A DNA stretch of 64,000 nt from Erysipelotrichaceae bacterium (GTDB lineage Bacteria; Bacillota_I; Bacilli_A; RFN20; CAG-449). The notes beneath the pieces are model-generated. The model ran no database searches and was not told the DNA's origin. It was given only the letters and a program-made list of their open reading frames with translations. The translations under genes were made by a program, and so were the position numbers. Each line of letters opens with the position of its first letter. Within the stretch, counting starts at the first letter, position 1. The stretch lies in the NCBI GenBank assembly GCA_015059095.1, contig SVBA01000008.1, positions 21,533 through 85,532 on the forward strand, given 5' to 3'. Positions 40,511 through 50,000 of this stretch are shown here, in pieces.

Positions 40511-41539
40511 ATGGAAATTAAAATCACATTACAAGAAAGTTCATATTCAATATTTACCGGTAGAAATATATTAAAAGATATCGCTTCTTTTTATAATTTT
40601 TCAAGTCACAAAGTATTGATTGTTACTGATTCTAATATTCCTAGTGAATATTATTCTTTAATAAAAGAAAAAATTAATGTAGTTGATACTTTAATTTTAA
40701 GTCCAGGAGAAGATAGTAAATCTTTTAATTCATATTTAAAAATTCAAGAAAAGTTATTAGAACACAACTTTTCAAGAAAAGATATAGTTATTGCTCTTGG
40801 AGGAGGAGTTATTGGAGACTTGGTAGGATTTGCTTCTTCTACATATAAAAGAGGTTTAACATTTATCAATATTCCAACTTCTACTCTATCGATGATTGAT
40901 TCATCTATTGGAGGAAAGACTGCTATTAACTTTAATGGAATTAAAAATGTCATCGGAACATTCTATCAACCTTCTTTAGTCTTAATTGATTTTGATTTAC
41001 TAAAATCATTACCACAAAGACATTTCAATAATGGATTAATTGAAGCTTTAAAAGCAGGATATATCTATGACCCAAGTATTTTAGATTTATTTTCACAAGA
41101 CATTAATTCCAATTTAGAAGAAATTATAATTAAATCAATAATTGTTAAAAAGCATTTTGTTGAAGAAGATGAAAAAGAACAAAATATTAGAAAAATACTA
41201 AATTATGGTCACACTTTTGGACATGGATTTGAATCTCTAGGTGGATTTAATGATAGTTTATATCATGGTGAAGCAGTTGGACTAGGAATGTTAGTAGTTT
41301 CTAAAGACAAAGAAAAATTGATATCTTATTTAAATAAATTAGATATTAAATACGATTTTGAAATATCTTCACAAGAATTAATAAAAATAATACTAAATGA
41401 TAAAAAAGTAGATGGTAAATATATAGATTTAATCTTAGTAGATAATATCGGAGAAAGTTATATTAAAAAAACATCTATTGAAGACTTAGTTTCTATTTTA
41501 GAAGGAGGACTTGAATATGTCAGACGTTTTAGGAAATAG
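40511..41539 (+). CDS. aroB: 3-dehydroquinate synthase
   Basis: Start ATG 40511 after GGAGGA; the track start lies inside the terminator stem. GGGVIGDLVGFASSTYKRG, NIPTSTLSMIDSSIGGKTAIN, HTFGHGFE motifs. Confidence 0.9.
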   Translation: MEIKITLQESSYSIFTGRNILKDIASFYNFSSHKVLIVTDSNIPSEYYSLIKEKINVVDTLILSPGEDSKSFNSYLKIQEKLLEHNFSRKDIVIALGGGVIGDLVGFASSTYKRGLTFINIPTSTLSMIDSSIGGKTAINFNGIKNVIGTFYQPSLVLIDFDLLKSLPQRHFNNGLIEALKAGYIYDPSILDLFSQDINSNLEEIIIKSIIVKKHFVEEDEKEQNIRKILNYGHTFGHGFESLGGFNDSLYHGEAVGLGMLVVSKDKEKLISYLNKLDIKYDFEISSQELIKIILNDKKVDGKYIDLILVDNIGESYIKKTSIEDLVSILEGGLEYVRRFRK

Positions 41540-42578
41540 TTTAAAATTAATGGTATTTGGTGAATCTCATGGTCCATTAGTAGGCGCTACTATCTCAGGT
41601 TTACCAAGTGGAATTAAAATTGATGAAAATTTTATTACTTCTCAATTAAATAAAAGAAAAGCTAATGATGAATTATCAACTCAAAGACAAGAAGATGATT
41701 CTTTCCATATTGTTTCTGGAGTATTTAATGGTTACACTACTGGAACTGCATTAACTATTTTAATTGAAAATAACAAACAACATTCATCTGATTATAAAGA
41801 AAAATCTTTTAGACCAGGACATGCTGATTATACTGGTGAAGTTAAATATAATGGTTATCAAGATTATCGAGGAGGAGGTCACTTCTCAGGAAGATTAACT
41901 GCTCCTATAGTTGCAATTTGTTCGATCATTATTTCTTATTTAAAATCAAAAAATATTGAAATCGGTTCTAGAATATTAGAAATTCATGGTGTTAAGGATG
42001 ATGAAGTAAAAGATATTAATTCTGCTATAAGTAAATTTAATTCTGAAGTTTTCCCGACCATTAGTGGAAAGAAGAAAGGTTTGATGAAAGAAGAAATAAT
42101 TAAAGCAAAAGAAAACTTAGATTCAGTTGGAGGAGTTATTGAAACTTATGTAACTGGTATTGAAGGAGGCATTGGTAATCCTTTCTTTGATTCTCTTGAA
42201 TCTAGTATCGCTCATTCTTTATTTTCTATTCCAGGGGTTAAAGGTGTTGAATTTGGTTTAGGATTCAACTTTAAAGATTATTATGGAAGTGAAGTTAACG
42301 ATCAATTAAGAGTTGACAATAATAAAATCATCACTTCAACTAATAATAATGGAGGTATTAATGGAGGTATTAGTAATGGTATGCCGCTTATTCTTAGAAG
42401 TGTAATTAAACCTACTCCATCAATTGGAAAAAAACAAAATTCTATTACTTTAAATCCACTTGAAAATACTACTCTTGAAATTAAAGGTAGACACGATCCA
42501 TGCATCGTTAGACGTGCTAGAGTTGTCATTGATTCTTTAGTTGCCTTCTCTATCTTAGATTCAATGTTATCGAGGTAA
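41517..42578 (+). CDS. aroC: Chorismate synthase
   Basis: ATG 41517 after GGAGGA. MVFGESHGPLVGATISGLPSG...RPGHADYTG...GRHDPC motifs. Confidence 0.9.
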   Translation: MSDVLGNSLKLMVFGESHGPLVGATISGLPSGIKIDENFITSQLNKRKANDELSTQRQEDDSFHIVSGVFNGYTTGTALTILIENNKQHSSDYKEKSFRPGHADYTGEVKYNGYQDYRGGGHFSGRLTAPIVAICSIIISYLKSKNIEIGSRILEIHGVKDDEVKDINSAISKFNSEVFPTISGKKKGLMKEEIIKAKENLDSVGGVIETYVTGIEGGIGNPFFDSLESSIAHSLFSIPGVKGVEFGLGFNFKDYYGSEVNDQLRVDNNKIITSTNNNGGINGGISNGMPLILRSVIKPTPSIGKKQNSITLNPLENTTLEIKGRHDPCIVRRARVVIDSLVAFSILDSMLSR

Positions 42579-42582
42579 GATT

Positions 42583-43830
42583 ATGAAGTATGGATTAATT
42601 GGAAAAAGTTTATCTCATTCTTATTCAAAATTAATTCATGAACAATTAGATTCAAAGCCTTACGAATTACTTTCTTTTAGTGAAGACGAACTTGACTCAT
42701 TCTTAAAAACAAAGGACTTTTTAGGAATAAACGTCACTATTCCTTATAAAGAAACTGTAATTAAGTATCTAGATGAAATAGATGAAATTGCTAAAGAAAT
42801 TGGTTCTGTTAATACTATTATAAATACTAATGGATTATTAAAAGGTTACAACACTGATTATTATGGATTAAAGAGATTATTTATTAAATCAAAGATTGAT
42901 GTTAAAAACAAAAATTGTTTTATTTTAGGAAGCGGTGGAACAAAAAACACTGCTTATAAACTATTAAAAGATTTAGGTGCTAAATCTATTCACATTGTTT
43001 CAAGAAATAAATCAAATAACACAATTACTTATGATGAATTAAATAAAAGAGATGATGTTGAAATTATCATTAACACTACTCCAGTAGGAATGTATCCTAA
43101 TATTGAAGGATCATTACTAGATTTATCTTTATTCACTTCTTTAGAAGGAATAGTTGATGTAGTTTATAATCCTTATCAAACTAGACTTGTTACTCAAGCA
43201 AAATTATTAGGAATTAAAGCTATCGGCGGATTAGAGATGTTGGTCGAACAAGGTATAAAGGCTAGTGAATTATTTTTATCTACTCAATATGATTCAACAA
43301 TATTTAATAAAGTATATTCTTCCTTATATTATTCAAGAAGAAATATCATATTAATCGGTTTACCAATGAGTGGCAAAACAACTATTGGTAAAGAATTAAG
43401 TGATAAATTAAATAAAAAGTTTATTGATTTAGACGAAGAAATTGAAAAAGAAACTAATATGTCTATTAATGATATCTTTTCTAAATATGGTGAATCATAT
43501 TTTAGAAAATTAGAAAAAGATATAACTTTAAAATATTCAAAAGAAACAAATTTAGTTATCTCTACTGGTGGAGGAATAATTAAAGATAAAGAAAACATGT
43601 TTAATTTAATGTCTAATGGATTAGTTATTTACTTAACTAGAGATTATGATAAATTAATTTATTCTTCTTCTCGTCCATTAACTAAAACTAAAGATGATTA
43701 TTTAAAATTAAAAGAAGAAAGAGATAGTTTATATAAACTATACTCTGACTATCAAGTTGATAATTCTTCTTCCAAAGAAGAATGTATAAATAAAATTAAG
43801 GAGATATTTTATGAGAGTATTAATTATTAA
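42583..43830 (+). CDS. aroE-aroK: Bifunctional shikimate dehydrogenase (AroE) / shikimate kinase (AroK) fusion
   Basis: N-terminal MKYGLIGKSLSHSYSKLIH ... GSGGTKNTAYKL (AroE). C-terminal RRNIILIGLPMSGKTTIGKELSDKLNKKFIDLDEEIEK (AroK P-loop). Confidence 0.8.
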   Translation: MKYGLIGKSLSHSYSKLIHEQLDSKPYELLSFSEDELDSFLKTKDFLGINVTIPYKETVIKYLDEIDEIAKEIGSVNTIINTNGLLKGYNTDYYGLKRLFIKSKIDVKNKNCFILGSGGTKNTAYKLLKDLGAKSIHIVSRNKSNNTITYDELNKRDDVEIIINTTPVGMYPNIEGSLLDLSLFTSLEGIVDVVYNPYQTRLVTQAKLLGIKAIGGLEMLVEQGIKASELFLSTQYDSTIFNKVYSSLYYSRRNIILIGLPMSGKTTIGKELSDKLNKKFIDLDEEIEKETNMSINDIFSKYGESYFRKLEKDITLKYSKETNLVISTGGGIIKDKENMFNLMSNGLVIYLTRDYDKLIYSSSRPLTKTKDDYLKLKEERDSLYKLYSDYQVDNSSSKEECINKIKEIFYESINY

Positions 43831-44236
43831 TGGTCCTAATCTAAATATGTTAGGAATAAGACAACCTGAAGTATATGGATATGATACATATTCTGATTTA
43901 GTTAGATATTGTCATAATCAAGCAGAATTATTAGATATCGACTTAGTTTGTTTTCAATCAAATCATGAAGGAGAAATAATTGATAAAATTCAAGATGCTT
44001 ATAAAAAGTTTGATGGAATCATCATTAATGCAGGAGCATATACTCACTATTCAATCGCGATTATGGATGCATTAAAAAGTGTTAACATTCCATCTATTGA
44101 AGTACATTTATCAGATATATATCAAAGAGAATCTTATCGTCATGTTTCATATATTAAAGAAGCATGCATTAAATCAATTGTAGGACTAGGTTTTGAAGGA
44201 TATAAACTCGCCCTAGAAACATTAAAGAATTTATAA
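43811..44236 (+). CDS. aroQ: 3-dehydroquinate dehydratase, type II
   Basis: MRVLIINGPNLNMLGIRQPEVYG...INAGAYTHYSIAI match the type II DHQase signature. Confidence 0.9.
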   Translation: MRVLIINGPNLNMLGIRQPEVYGYDTYSDLVRYCHNQAELLDIDLVCFQSNHEGEIIDKIQDAYKKFDGIIINAGAYTHYSIAIMDALKSVNIPSIEVHLSDIYQRESYRHVSYIKEACIKSIVGLGFEGYKLALETLKNL

Positions 44237-44250
44237 AGGAGACAAAAAAT

Positions 44251-45264
44251 ATGATAATTACAATGAAAAATAAGGCTACAAAAGCTGAAATTGAAGAAAT
44301 ATTAGAACTAGTAAATAAACATGGATTAAAAGCTTTACCAATACATGGTGATGACTATCGCGTATTTGGCATTGTTGGTGATACATCCAAATTAGATATT
44401 GAAATGATCAACGCTTATTCATGTGTTGATAATGTTTTAAGAGTATCTACTCCATTTAAAAAAGTTTCAAGAACATTCCATCCAGAAAATACTATTATTA
44501 AAGTTGGTAACTTAGAAATTGGTGGAAATAAAGTTGTTATGATTGGTGGTCCTTGCTCTATTGAAGGAAAAGATCAAATCGTAAGAATTGCTCATGGTAT
44601 TAAAGAAAATGGTGGAGACGCTATTAGAGGTGGCGCTTATAAACCAAGAACTTCCCCTTATGCTTTCCAAGGTTTAGCCACTGAAGGTATCTTAAATATG
44701 GTTGAAGCAAGAAATCAAACTGGTTTACCAATCGTCACAGAAATTATGGATGCTTCTAAAATCGATGAATTCGTTAAACATGTTGATATTATTCAAGTTG
44801 GGGCAAGAAATATGCAAAACTTCGAATTATTAAAAGCATTAGGTAAAATCGATAAACCAATATTATTGAAAAGAGGTTTAGCTAATACTATCGAAGAATG
44901 GTTAATGTCAGCAGAATATATTATGGCCGGTGGAAATAACAAAGTAATATTATGTGAAAGAGGCATTAGAACTTTTGAAAAATATACTCGTAATACACTA
45001 GATTTAAGTGTTATTCCTTTAGTAAAAAAATTATCACACTTACCAATTGTTATCGATCCAAGCCATGCAACTGGTAAAGCAGATTTAGTAGAATCTATGT
45101 GTTTAGCAGCAGTAGCAGCAGGTGCAGATGGATTAATCATTGAAGCTCATTATGATCCTAGAAAGGCTTGGTCTGATGCTTCTCAAACTATCACATTAGA
45201 AGCATTTGGTAAAATCAAAGAAAAATGTAAAAAAATCGCAGAAGTTATCGGAAGAGAAATGTAA
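44251..45264 (+). CDS. aroF: DAHP synthase, type I-beta (KDO8PS-like) with N-terminal ferredoxin-like regulatory domain
   Basis: RBS AAAGGAG. N-terminal ~65-aa extension, then VGNLEIGGNKVVMIGGPCSIEGKDQ ... catalytic core. Confidence 0.8.
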   Translation: MIITMKNKATKAEIEEILELVNKHGLKALPIHGDDYRVFGIVGDTSKLDIEMINAYSCVDNVLRVSTPFKKVSRTFHPENTIIKVGNLEIGGNKVVMIGGPCSIEGKDQIVRIAHGIKENGGDAIRGGAYKPRTSPYAFQGLATEGILNMVEARNQTGLPIVTEIMDASKIDEFVKHVDIIQVGARNMQNFELLKALGKIDKPILLKRGLANTIEEWLMSAEYIMAGGNNKVILCERGIRTFEKYTRNTLDLSVIPLVKKLSHLPIVIDPSHATGKADLVESMCLAAVAAGADGLIIEAHYDPRKAWSDASQTITLEAFGKIKEKCKKIAEVIGREM

Positions 45265-45266
45265 TT

Positions 45267-46517
45267 ATGATTAGTTTACCTAAAAGAGAATATGGAGGAA
45301 CAATAAAAGCTCCAAGTTCAAAATCAGATGGACATAGAGCTTTAATTGCAGCAGCATTAGTTAAAGAAGGCGTTTCAAAAATATCAAACGTCTACTTTTC
45401 TAATGACATTAAAGCAACCATTTCTTCTTTAGAATCATTAGGAGCAAAATTCACTATCGATAATGACATAGTTTATGTTAAAGGCATTTCTTTTTCAAAT
45501 GATAACCCTATTTTAAATTGTGAAGAATCTGGTTCTACTTTAAGATTCTTACTTCCTCTTGCCACTCATTTTTCTAATTCTTCAACCTTTATTACAAAAG
45601 GCAAATTAGGTTCTAGACCATTAGATGTTTATGAAGAATTATTCTCTATTTCCAGAACTTTACAATTTACAAAAAGTGAAGGTAAGTTAGAAGGTGGAAT
45701 CTTAGAAATTGATGGATCTATATCAAGTCAATTCATTTCCGGCTTACTTTTTATATTACCATTATTAAAAAATGACTCAACAATCATTATTAAAAATAAA
45801 ATAGCAAGTCTATCATATATATTAATGACTATTAAATTATTAAAAGAATTTAATGTTAATATAAATTTTGATATTGAAAGTAAAAGAATTACAATACCTG
45901 GTAATCAAGAATATAAAAAAGTTGAATACGTTGTAGAAAATGATTTTTCTCAAGCTAGTTTTTTCTTATCTTTAGGAGCAATATCATCTTTACCAATTAC
46001 CGTTGAAGGATTAGATATGAATTCTCTTCAACCAGATAAAAATATTATTTCGATATTACAATCTATGGGAGTTAGTTTAAAAATTGAGAACGATCAAATA
46101 ACTACAAAAAAATCTTTAATCAAAAAAACGACTGTTTCTTTAGATGAAAATCCAGATTTAGGTCCAATACTAATGGGAATAAGTGCATTTGCAGAAGAAG
46201 ATATAACTTTTACCAATATATCTAGATTACGCATTAAAGAATCTGATCGAGTAGAAGCAATGAGAGATAATCTAGAAAAATTAGGTGTCACTTTAGAATT
46301 AATCGATACAGATACTTGTATAGTACATCCTTCCAAATTAAAAACCCCTTCAAAAACATTATCATCATATAACGATCATCGAATTTTTATGACTTTAGTA
46401 TTAATAACTCATGAACTAAAAGAAGTAACTATAGATGATGAAAAATGCGTTAATAAATCTTATCCTACTTTCTTAGAAGATTTAAAAACAATAGAAAAGG
46501 AGACTACATATGAATAA
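45267..46517 (+). CDS. aroA: 3-phosphoshikimate 1-carboxyvinyltransferase (EPSP synthase)
   Basis: KAPSSKSDGHRALIAAAL motif. 416 aa. Confidence 0.85.
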   Translation: MISLPKREYGGTIKAPSSKSDGHRALIAAALVKEGVSKISNVYFSNDIKATISSLESLGAKFTIDNDIVYVKGISFSNDNPILNCEESGSTLRFLLPLATHFSNSSTFITKGKLGSRPLDVYEELFSISRTLQFTKSEGKLEGGILEIDGSISSQFISGLLFILPLLKNDSTIIIKNKIASLSYILMTIKLLKEFNVNINFDIESKRITIPGNQEYKKVEYVVENDFSQASFFLSLGAISSLPITVEGLDMNSLQPDKNIISILQSMGVSLKIENDQITTKKSLIKKTTVSLDENPDLGPILMGISAFAEEDITFTNISRLRIKESDRVEAMRDNLEKLGVTLELIDTDTCIVHPSKLKTPSKTLSSYNDHRIFMTLVLITHELKEVTIDDEKCVNKSYPTFLEDLKTIEKETTYE

Positions 46518-47355
46518 AGATTTAAATTATTTAGTAGTTGGACTAGGATTAATGGGTGGTAGTGTTGCTAAAGCCTTATCATTAAAAGGTTATCAAGTAT
46601 ATGGATATGATACTAATCTTTCATCAATTGAATTTGGTTACCAAAATGGAATAATTAAAAATAACATAGTTAGTGAAGAATTAATAAAAAATGCTGATGT
46701 TATTATTTTAGGACTTTATCCTTCTATCATTGTTTCATGGATTAAAGAACATAAACATCTATTCAAACAAAATGTATTAATCACAGATTTAACAGGTATT
46801 AAAACAAATATTGTTAATCCAATTCAAAAAGAATTAATTGGGATAGGTGAATTTATATCATTGCATCCAATGTGTGGTAAAGAAACTAGTGGTGTCGAAC
46901 ATTCTAATATTGAGATGTTTAGAGTGGCCAACTTAATTATTGTTCCAACAGAATCAAATTCAAAAGAATCAATTGATTTTGCTAGAGATTTTGGCGAAAA
47001 TCTCGAATTTAATAACATTGAAATCTTATCCATTGATGAACATGATAAAATGATTTCTTTCTTATCTCAACTACCCCATGTTATTGCAGTAGCATTAATG
47101 AATTCTCATGAAAGTGATTCTCTTGTTAGATATACTGGTGACTCATTTAGAGATTTAACTAGAATTGCAAAAATTAATCCTTATCTTTGGAGTGAATTAT
47201 TCATTATGAATAAAGAAAACTTAATTCATGATATTGATGAATTTATTAAAATTATGGAATTACTAAAAGAATCAATTAATAATGAAGATACTGTAGTTCT
47301 TCATTCTTTATTTAAAGAATCAAAAAGAAGAAGAGAAAATTTCGACAAAAAATAA
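46510..47355 (+). CDS. tyrA: Prephenate dehydrogenase
   Basis: RBS AAAGGAG. VVGLGLMGGSVAKAL Rossmann motif. 281 aa. Confidence 0.75.
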   Translation: MNKDLNYLVVGLGLMGGSVAKALSLKGYQVYGYDTNLSSIEFGYQNGIIKNNIVSEELIKNADVIILGLYPSIIVSWIKEHKHLFKQNVLITDLTGIKTNIVNPIQKELIGIGEFISLHPMCGKETSGVEHSNIEMFRVANLIIVPTESNSKESIDFARDFGENLEFNNIEILSIDEHDKMISFLSQLPHVIAVALMNSHESDSLVRYTGDSFRDLTRIAKINPYLWSELFIMNKENLIHDIDEFIKIMELLKESINNEDTVVLHSLFKESKRRRENFDKK

Positions 47356-47356
47356 A

Positions 47357-47377
47357 AAGGGCATTGCCCTTTTTTTA
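47357..47377. terminator. Rho-independent terminator ending the aro operon
   Basis: AAGGGC-ATT-GCCCTT followed by TTTTTT. Confidence 0.75.
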
Positions 47378-47406
47378 GTTATGACCTACTAAATCGACTT
47401 AATTTA

Positions 47407-48234
47407 CTATACAAATTCGTACCTAATAGTGTCTTGTTCTTTGATGATTTTAATGAGATATTTCAATTTTAACTGGTTGTCTTTAAAATCGACTCTTACA
47501 TAATCTCCTTCTTCATTGCTATAAAAAGTGAAATTGTATTCTCTTTCTTTTCCTTCAATCTCACTAGAAAATTCCAATTCTACTACACCAGAGATTGACT
47601 TTTCATAACTTACTTCAGTTTCAAAAACTTCTTGTCCATTTTCGAATTTTGTATAAGAATATTCTTTTTCTCCTTTTTCAGTTTCTTCTTCAATCACAAC
47701 ATAATTTCGATCATCCATTTTTACAACAAATTGAATTTCTTCTTCATTTCCCTCTTTTTCTCTATTGCCTTGAATTTTGTATTCGGTTTCTTCAAGAAGA
47801 ACAATTCCATCTAATCTCCATTCTTTCTCATCAAACTCATCTGTCTTTAATTCTGTCTCATTATAATAGAAATCATATATTTTATTGTCTCCAGATAAAT
47901 CTTGACTAGATATAGTATATGAATATTGATACCCCTCTATTTTTGAATCTTTAATTTCAGATTTCACAACATCTCCAGTAATCATATTTTGCGCTATTTT
48001 AAGATTATTTAATATATTTTCTTCTTCTGCTGTTGGTGATTTACTTCTTCTTATAAAATTACTTTCCATTCCAATAGAAACCGATGAATCAAACGAATTT
48101 AATAATCCAATTCCACCCAAAATAGAATAATCAAAACTATTTTTAAGTGATACTTTAGTATTATTATTTACCTTGCATCCACTTAAAACTAGAATCCCTA
48201 ATAACAGCAAACTTATATTTCTAATTTTTTTCAT
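47407..48234 (-). CDS. Glu/Tyr-rich lipoprotein, paralogous to the ectodomain of the adjacent anti-sigma-like protein
   Basis: MKKIRNISLLLLGILVLSGC lipobox. Acidic repeats (EFSSEIEGKEREYNFTFYSNEEGDY). Confidence 0.5.
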   Translation of the reverse strand: MKKIRNISLLLLGILVLSGCKVNNNTKVSLKNSFDYSILGGIGLLNSFDSSVSIGMESNFIRRSKSPTAEEENILNNLKIAQNMITGDVVKSEIKDSKIEGYQYSYTISSQDLSGDNKIYDFYYNETELKTDEFDEKEWRLDGIVLLEETEYKIQGNREKEGNEEEIQFVVKMDDRNYVVIEEETEKGEKEYSYTKFENGQEVFETEVSYEKSISGVVELEFSSEIEGKEREYNFTFYSNEEGDYVRVDFKDNQLKLKYLIKIIKEQDTIRYEFV

Positions 48235-48343
48235 AAAAATTTCCTCCTTTTTTACTTTCTACTTATAATACAATCAAATCATATTTTTTATTGGTAAATT
48301 TTTCGATTCTTTTATAAGTTACAAATAAAAGAGAAAATAATAT

Positions 48344-49345
48344 TTATTTTTTGTTTAATTTAACTTGAGTTTTATCTTTAAAAACATACAAATAATATTC
48401 GTCATGAACAAATATTTGCATCTCAGTTTCTAAAAGATCAGATTCATATTCACATTCAATAGTATCATCAAAATATTCAAATTCATAAGAAACAGTAGAA
48501 TCATTTTCAATAATAGTTATTTCAGTTTCTTTTCTTCCATTTTCCACTTCATAGGAAAACTCTACTCCTCTAACTATTACACCATATTCAACATATTTAT
48601 ATTCATATTCATTTTCATTAACTTCCGTTTCATTAGAAATACTAATATATGTATTTTCTTTAATATAAACCTTCAATTCTAATTCCACTTCTTCACCATA
48701 TTTTTTTTGTTCACCCATTAAAACATAATCTTTATCATCAATTACAAATACCCCTTCTATTTCAACTTCAAAAGAGGAAATTTCTTTTCGATTAAAATAT
48801 GATAGATAAGAAATTTCATATTGCTTATGATCAACATAAGATACACTCATCTTATAATCATATGAACTATATTTTTCATCTTTATTATTTTCAAATGTTA
48901 CATTAATTTCTTCTTGATAGATAAATGCTTCACCCGTCAAAAGGTAATGATTACAATCTTCTGCTATTTTTTGATAATTAATAGTTTCTTGATTGCTTTT
49001 TCTTAAACTTCTTTTATTATTGACACTAACTTCTTCATTAGTAGTTAATAGATTACCAAGGGCAAGTAGTTCTTTAGATAATACTATTTCAGATTTATTT
49101 ATTTCTAATCCTTTATTTCCAGAAAAACCATCAAATACTCCAAGAGGAACACAAATTGCTATTGTTGTAGCAATTGCAATCGCTCCTGATAAAGGAAGGA
49201 ACCATGATTTAGAATTCTTTTCTTCTTTTTCCAAAATTATATGAGAAGTAGAATTTAAAATTTCAGAAGAAAAATCTTTAATTTCAATTTTTTCAATTTT
49301 AGATTTAAGTAACTTCTTAAATTTCTTATTATTCATATATTTCAC
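48344..49345 (-). CDS. Single-pass membrane protein co-translated with the ECF sigma factor (putative anti-sigma factor) with Glu/Tyr-rich ectodomain
   Basis: 17-nt overlap with the sigma gene. Cytoplasmic N-terminus, TM helix (AIAIATTIAICVPLGVF), acidic repeat ectodomain. Confidence 0.5.
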   Translation of the reverse strand: MKYMNNKKFKKLLKSKIEKIEIKDFSSEILNSTSHIILEKEEKNSKSWFLPLSGAIAIATTIAICVPLGVFDGFSGNKGLEINKSEIVLSKELLALGNLLTTNEEVSVNNKRSLRKSNQETINYQKIAEDCNHYLLTGEAFIYQEEINVTFENNKDEKYSSYDYKMSVSYVDHKQYEISYLSYFNRKEISSFEVEIEGVFVIDDKDYVLMGEQKKYGEEVELELKVYIKENTYISISNETEVNENEYEYKYVEYGVIVRGVEFSYEVENGRKETEITIIENDSTVSYEFEYFDDTIECEYESDLLETEMQIFVHDEYYLYVFKDKTQVKLNKK

Positions 49346-49838
49346 CTATCCTTTCTTTTAAATATTTCATCGCCTTATTATACTTCCATAAAACGGTTCC
49401 TAGTGGTTTTTTTATTATTTTCGCAATATCTTTAAATTTATAATCCAATAGAACGTGATATATAATGATTTCTCTATCTTCTTGAGAATCCAAATAAGAT
49501 AATATTTGATCCACATCACTATATTGATTCTTATCAGTTTGATACGTTATATTCCTCATAATATCTTCATCAAATACCAATCTTTTATTCTCCTTTAGTA
49601 AATTTAAACTTTTATTACGTGCAATCATAGTTAAATAAGCATATATATTTTGATTTTCTTTTACATTATCAATGTTATTTAAAAATGTAACATAAGTATC
49701 TTGCAAAATATCTTCTGCTAACGAATGATCTTTTAAAACACCTAAAGCAGTAAAATATACTTGTTTAGAAGTCATTTTATAAAATTCATTAAACATCGAA
49801 TAATCGTTTACCTTAAATTTTAATATAAAATCTTTCAT
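49329..49838 (-). CDS. ECF-type sigma-70 family RNA polymerase sigma factor
   Basis: Region 2 (YAYLTMIARNKSLNLLK) and region 4 HTH (FKDIAKIIKKPLGTVLWKYNKAMKYLKE). Confidence 0.75.
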   Translation of the reverse strand: MKDFILKFKVNDYSMFNEFYKMTSKQVYFTALGVLKDHSLAEDILQDTYVTFLNNIDNVKENQNIYAYLTMIARNKSLNLLKENKRLVFDEDIMRNITYQTDKNQYSDVDQILSYLDSQEDREIIIYHVLLDYKFKDIAKIIKKPLGTVLWKYNKAMKYLKERIGEIYE

Positions 49839-49902
49839 TTTTATTCCATCCTATTATTAATACAATTATACAATAATTTTTATTGGTAAAAATATTTATT
49901 TT

Positions 49903-49939
49903 AAAAAGCTCACCTATTTAAAGTGAGCGTTTTATTTTT
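49903..49939. terminator. Bidirectional terminator hairpin
   Basis: GCTCAC-CTATTTAAA-GTGAGC with T-runs on both strands. Confidence 0.6.
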
Positions 49940-50000
49940 AATAAGTTTTTGTATCTTTCTTAAATTCTTTCATAGCTTCATATTATGCTTTTACATCATA

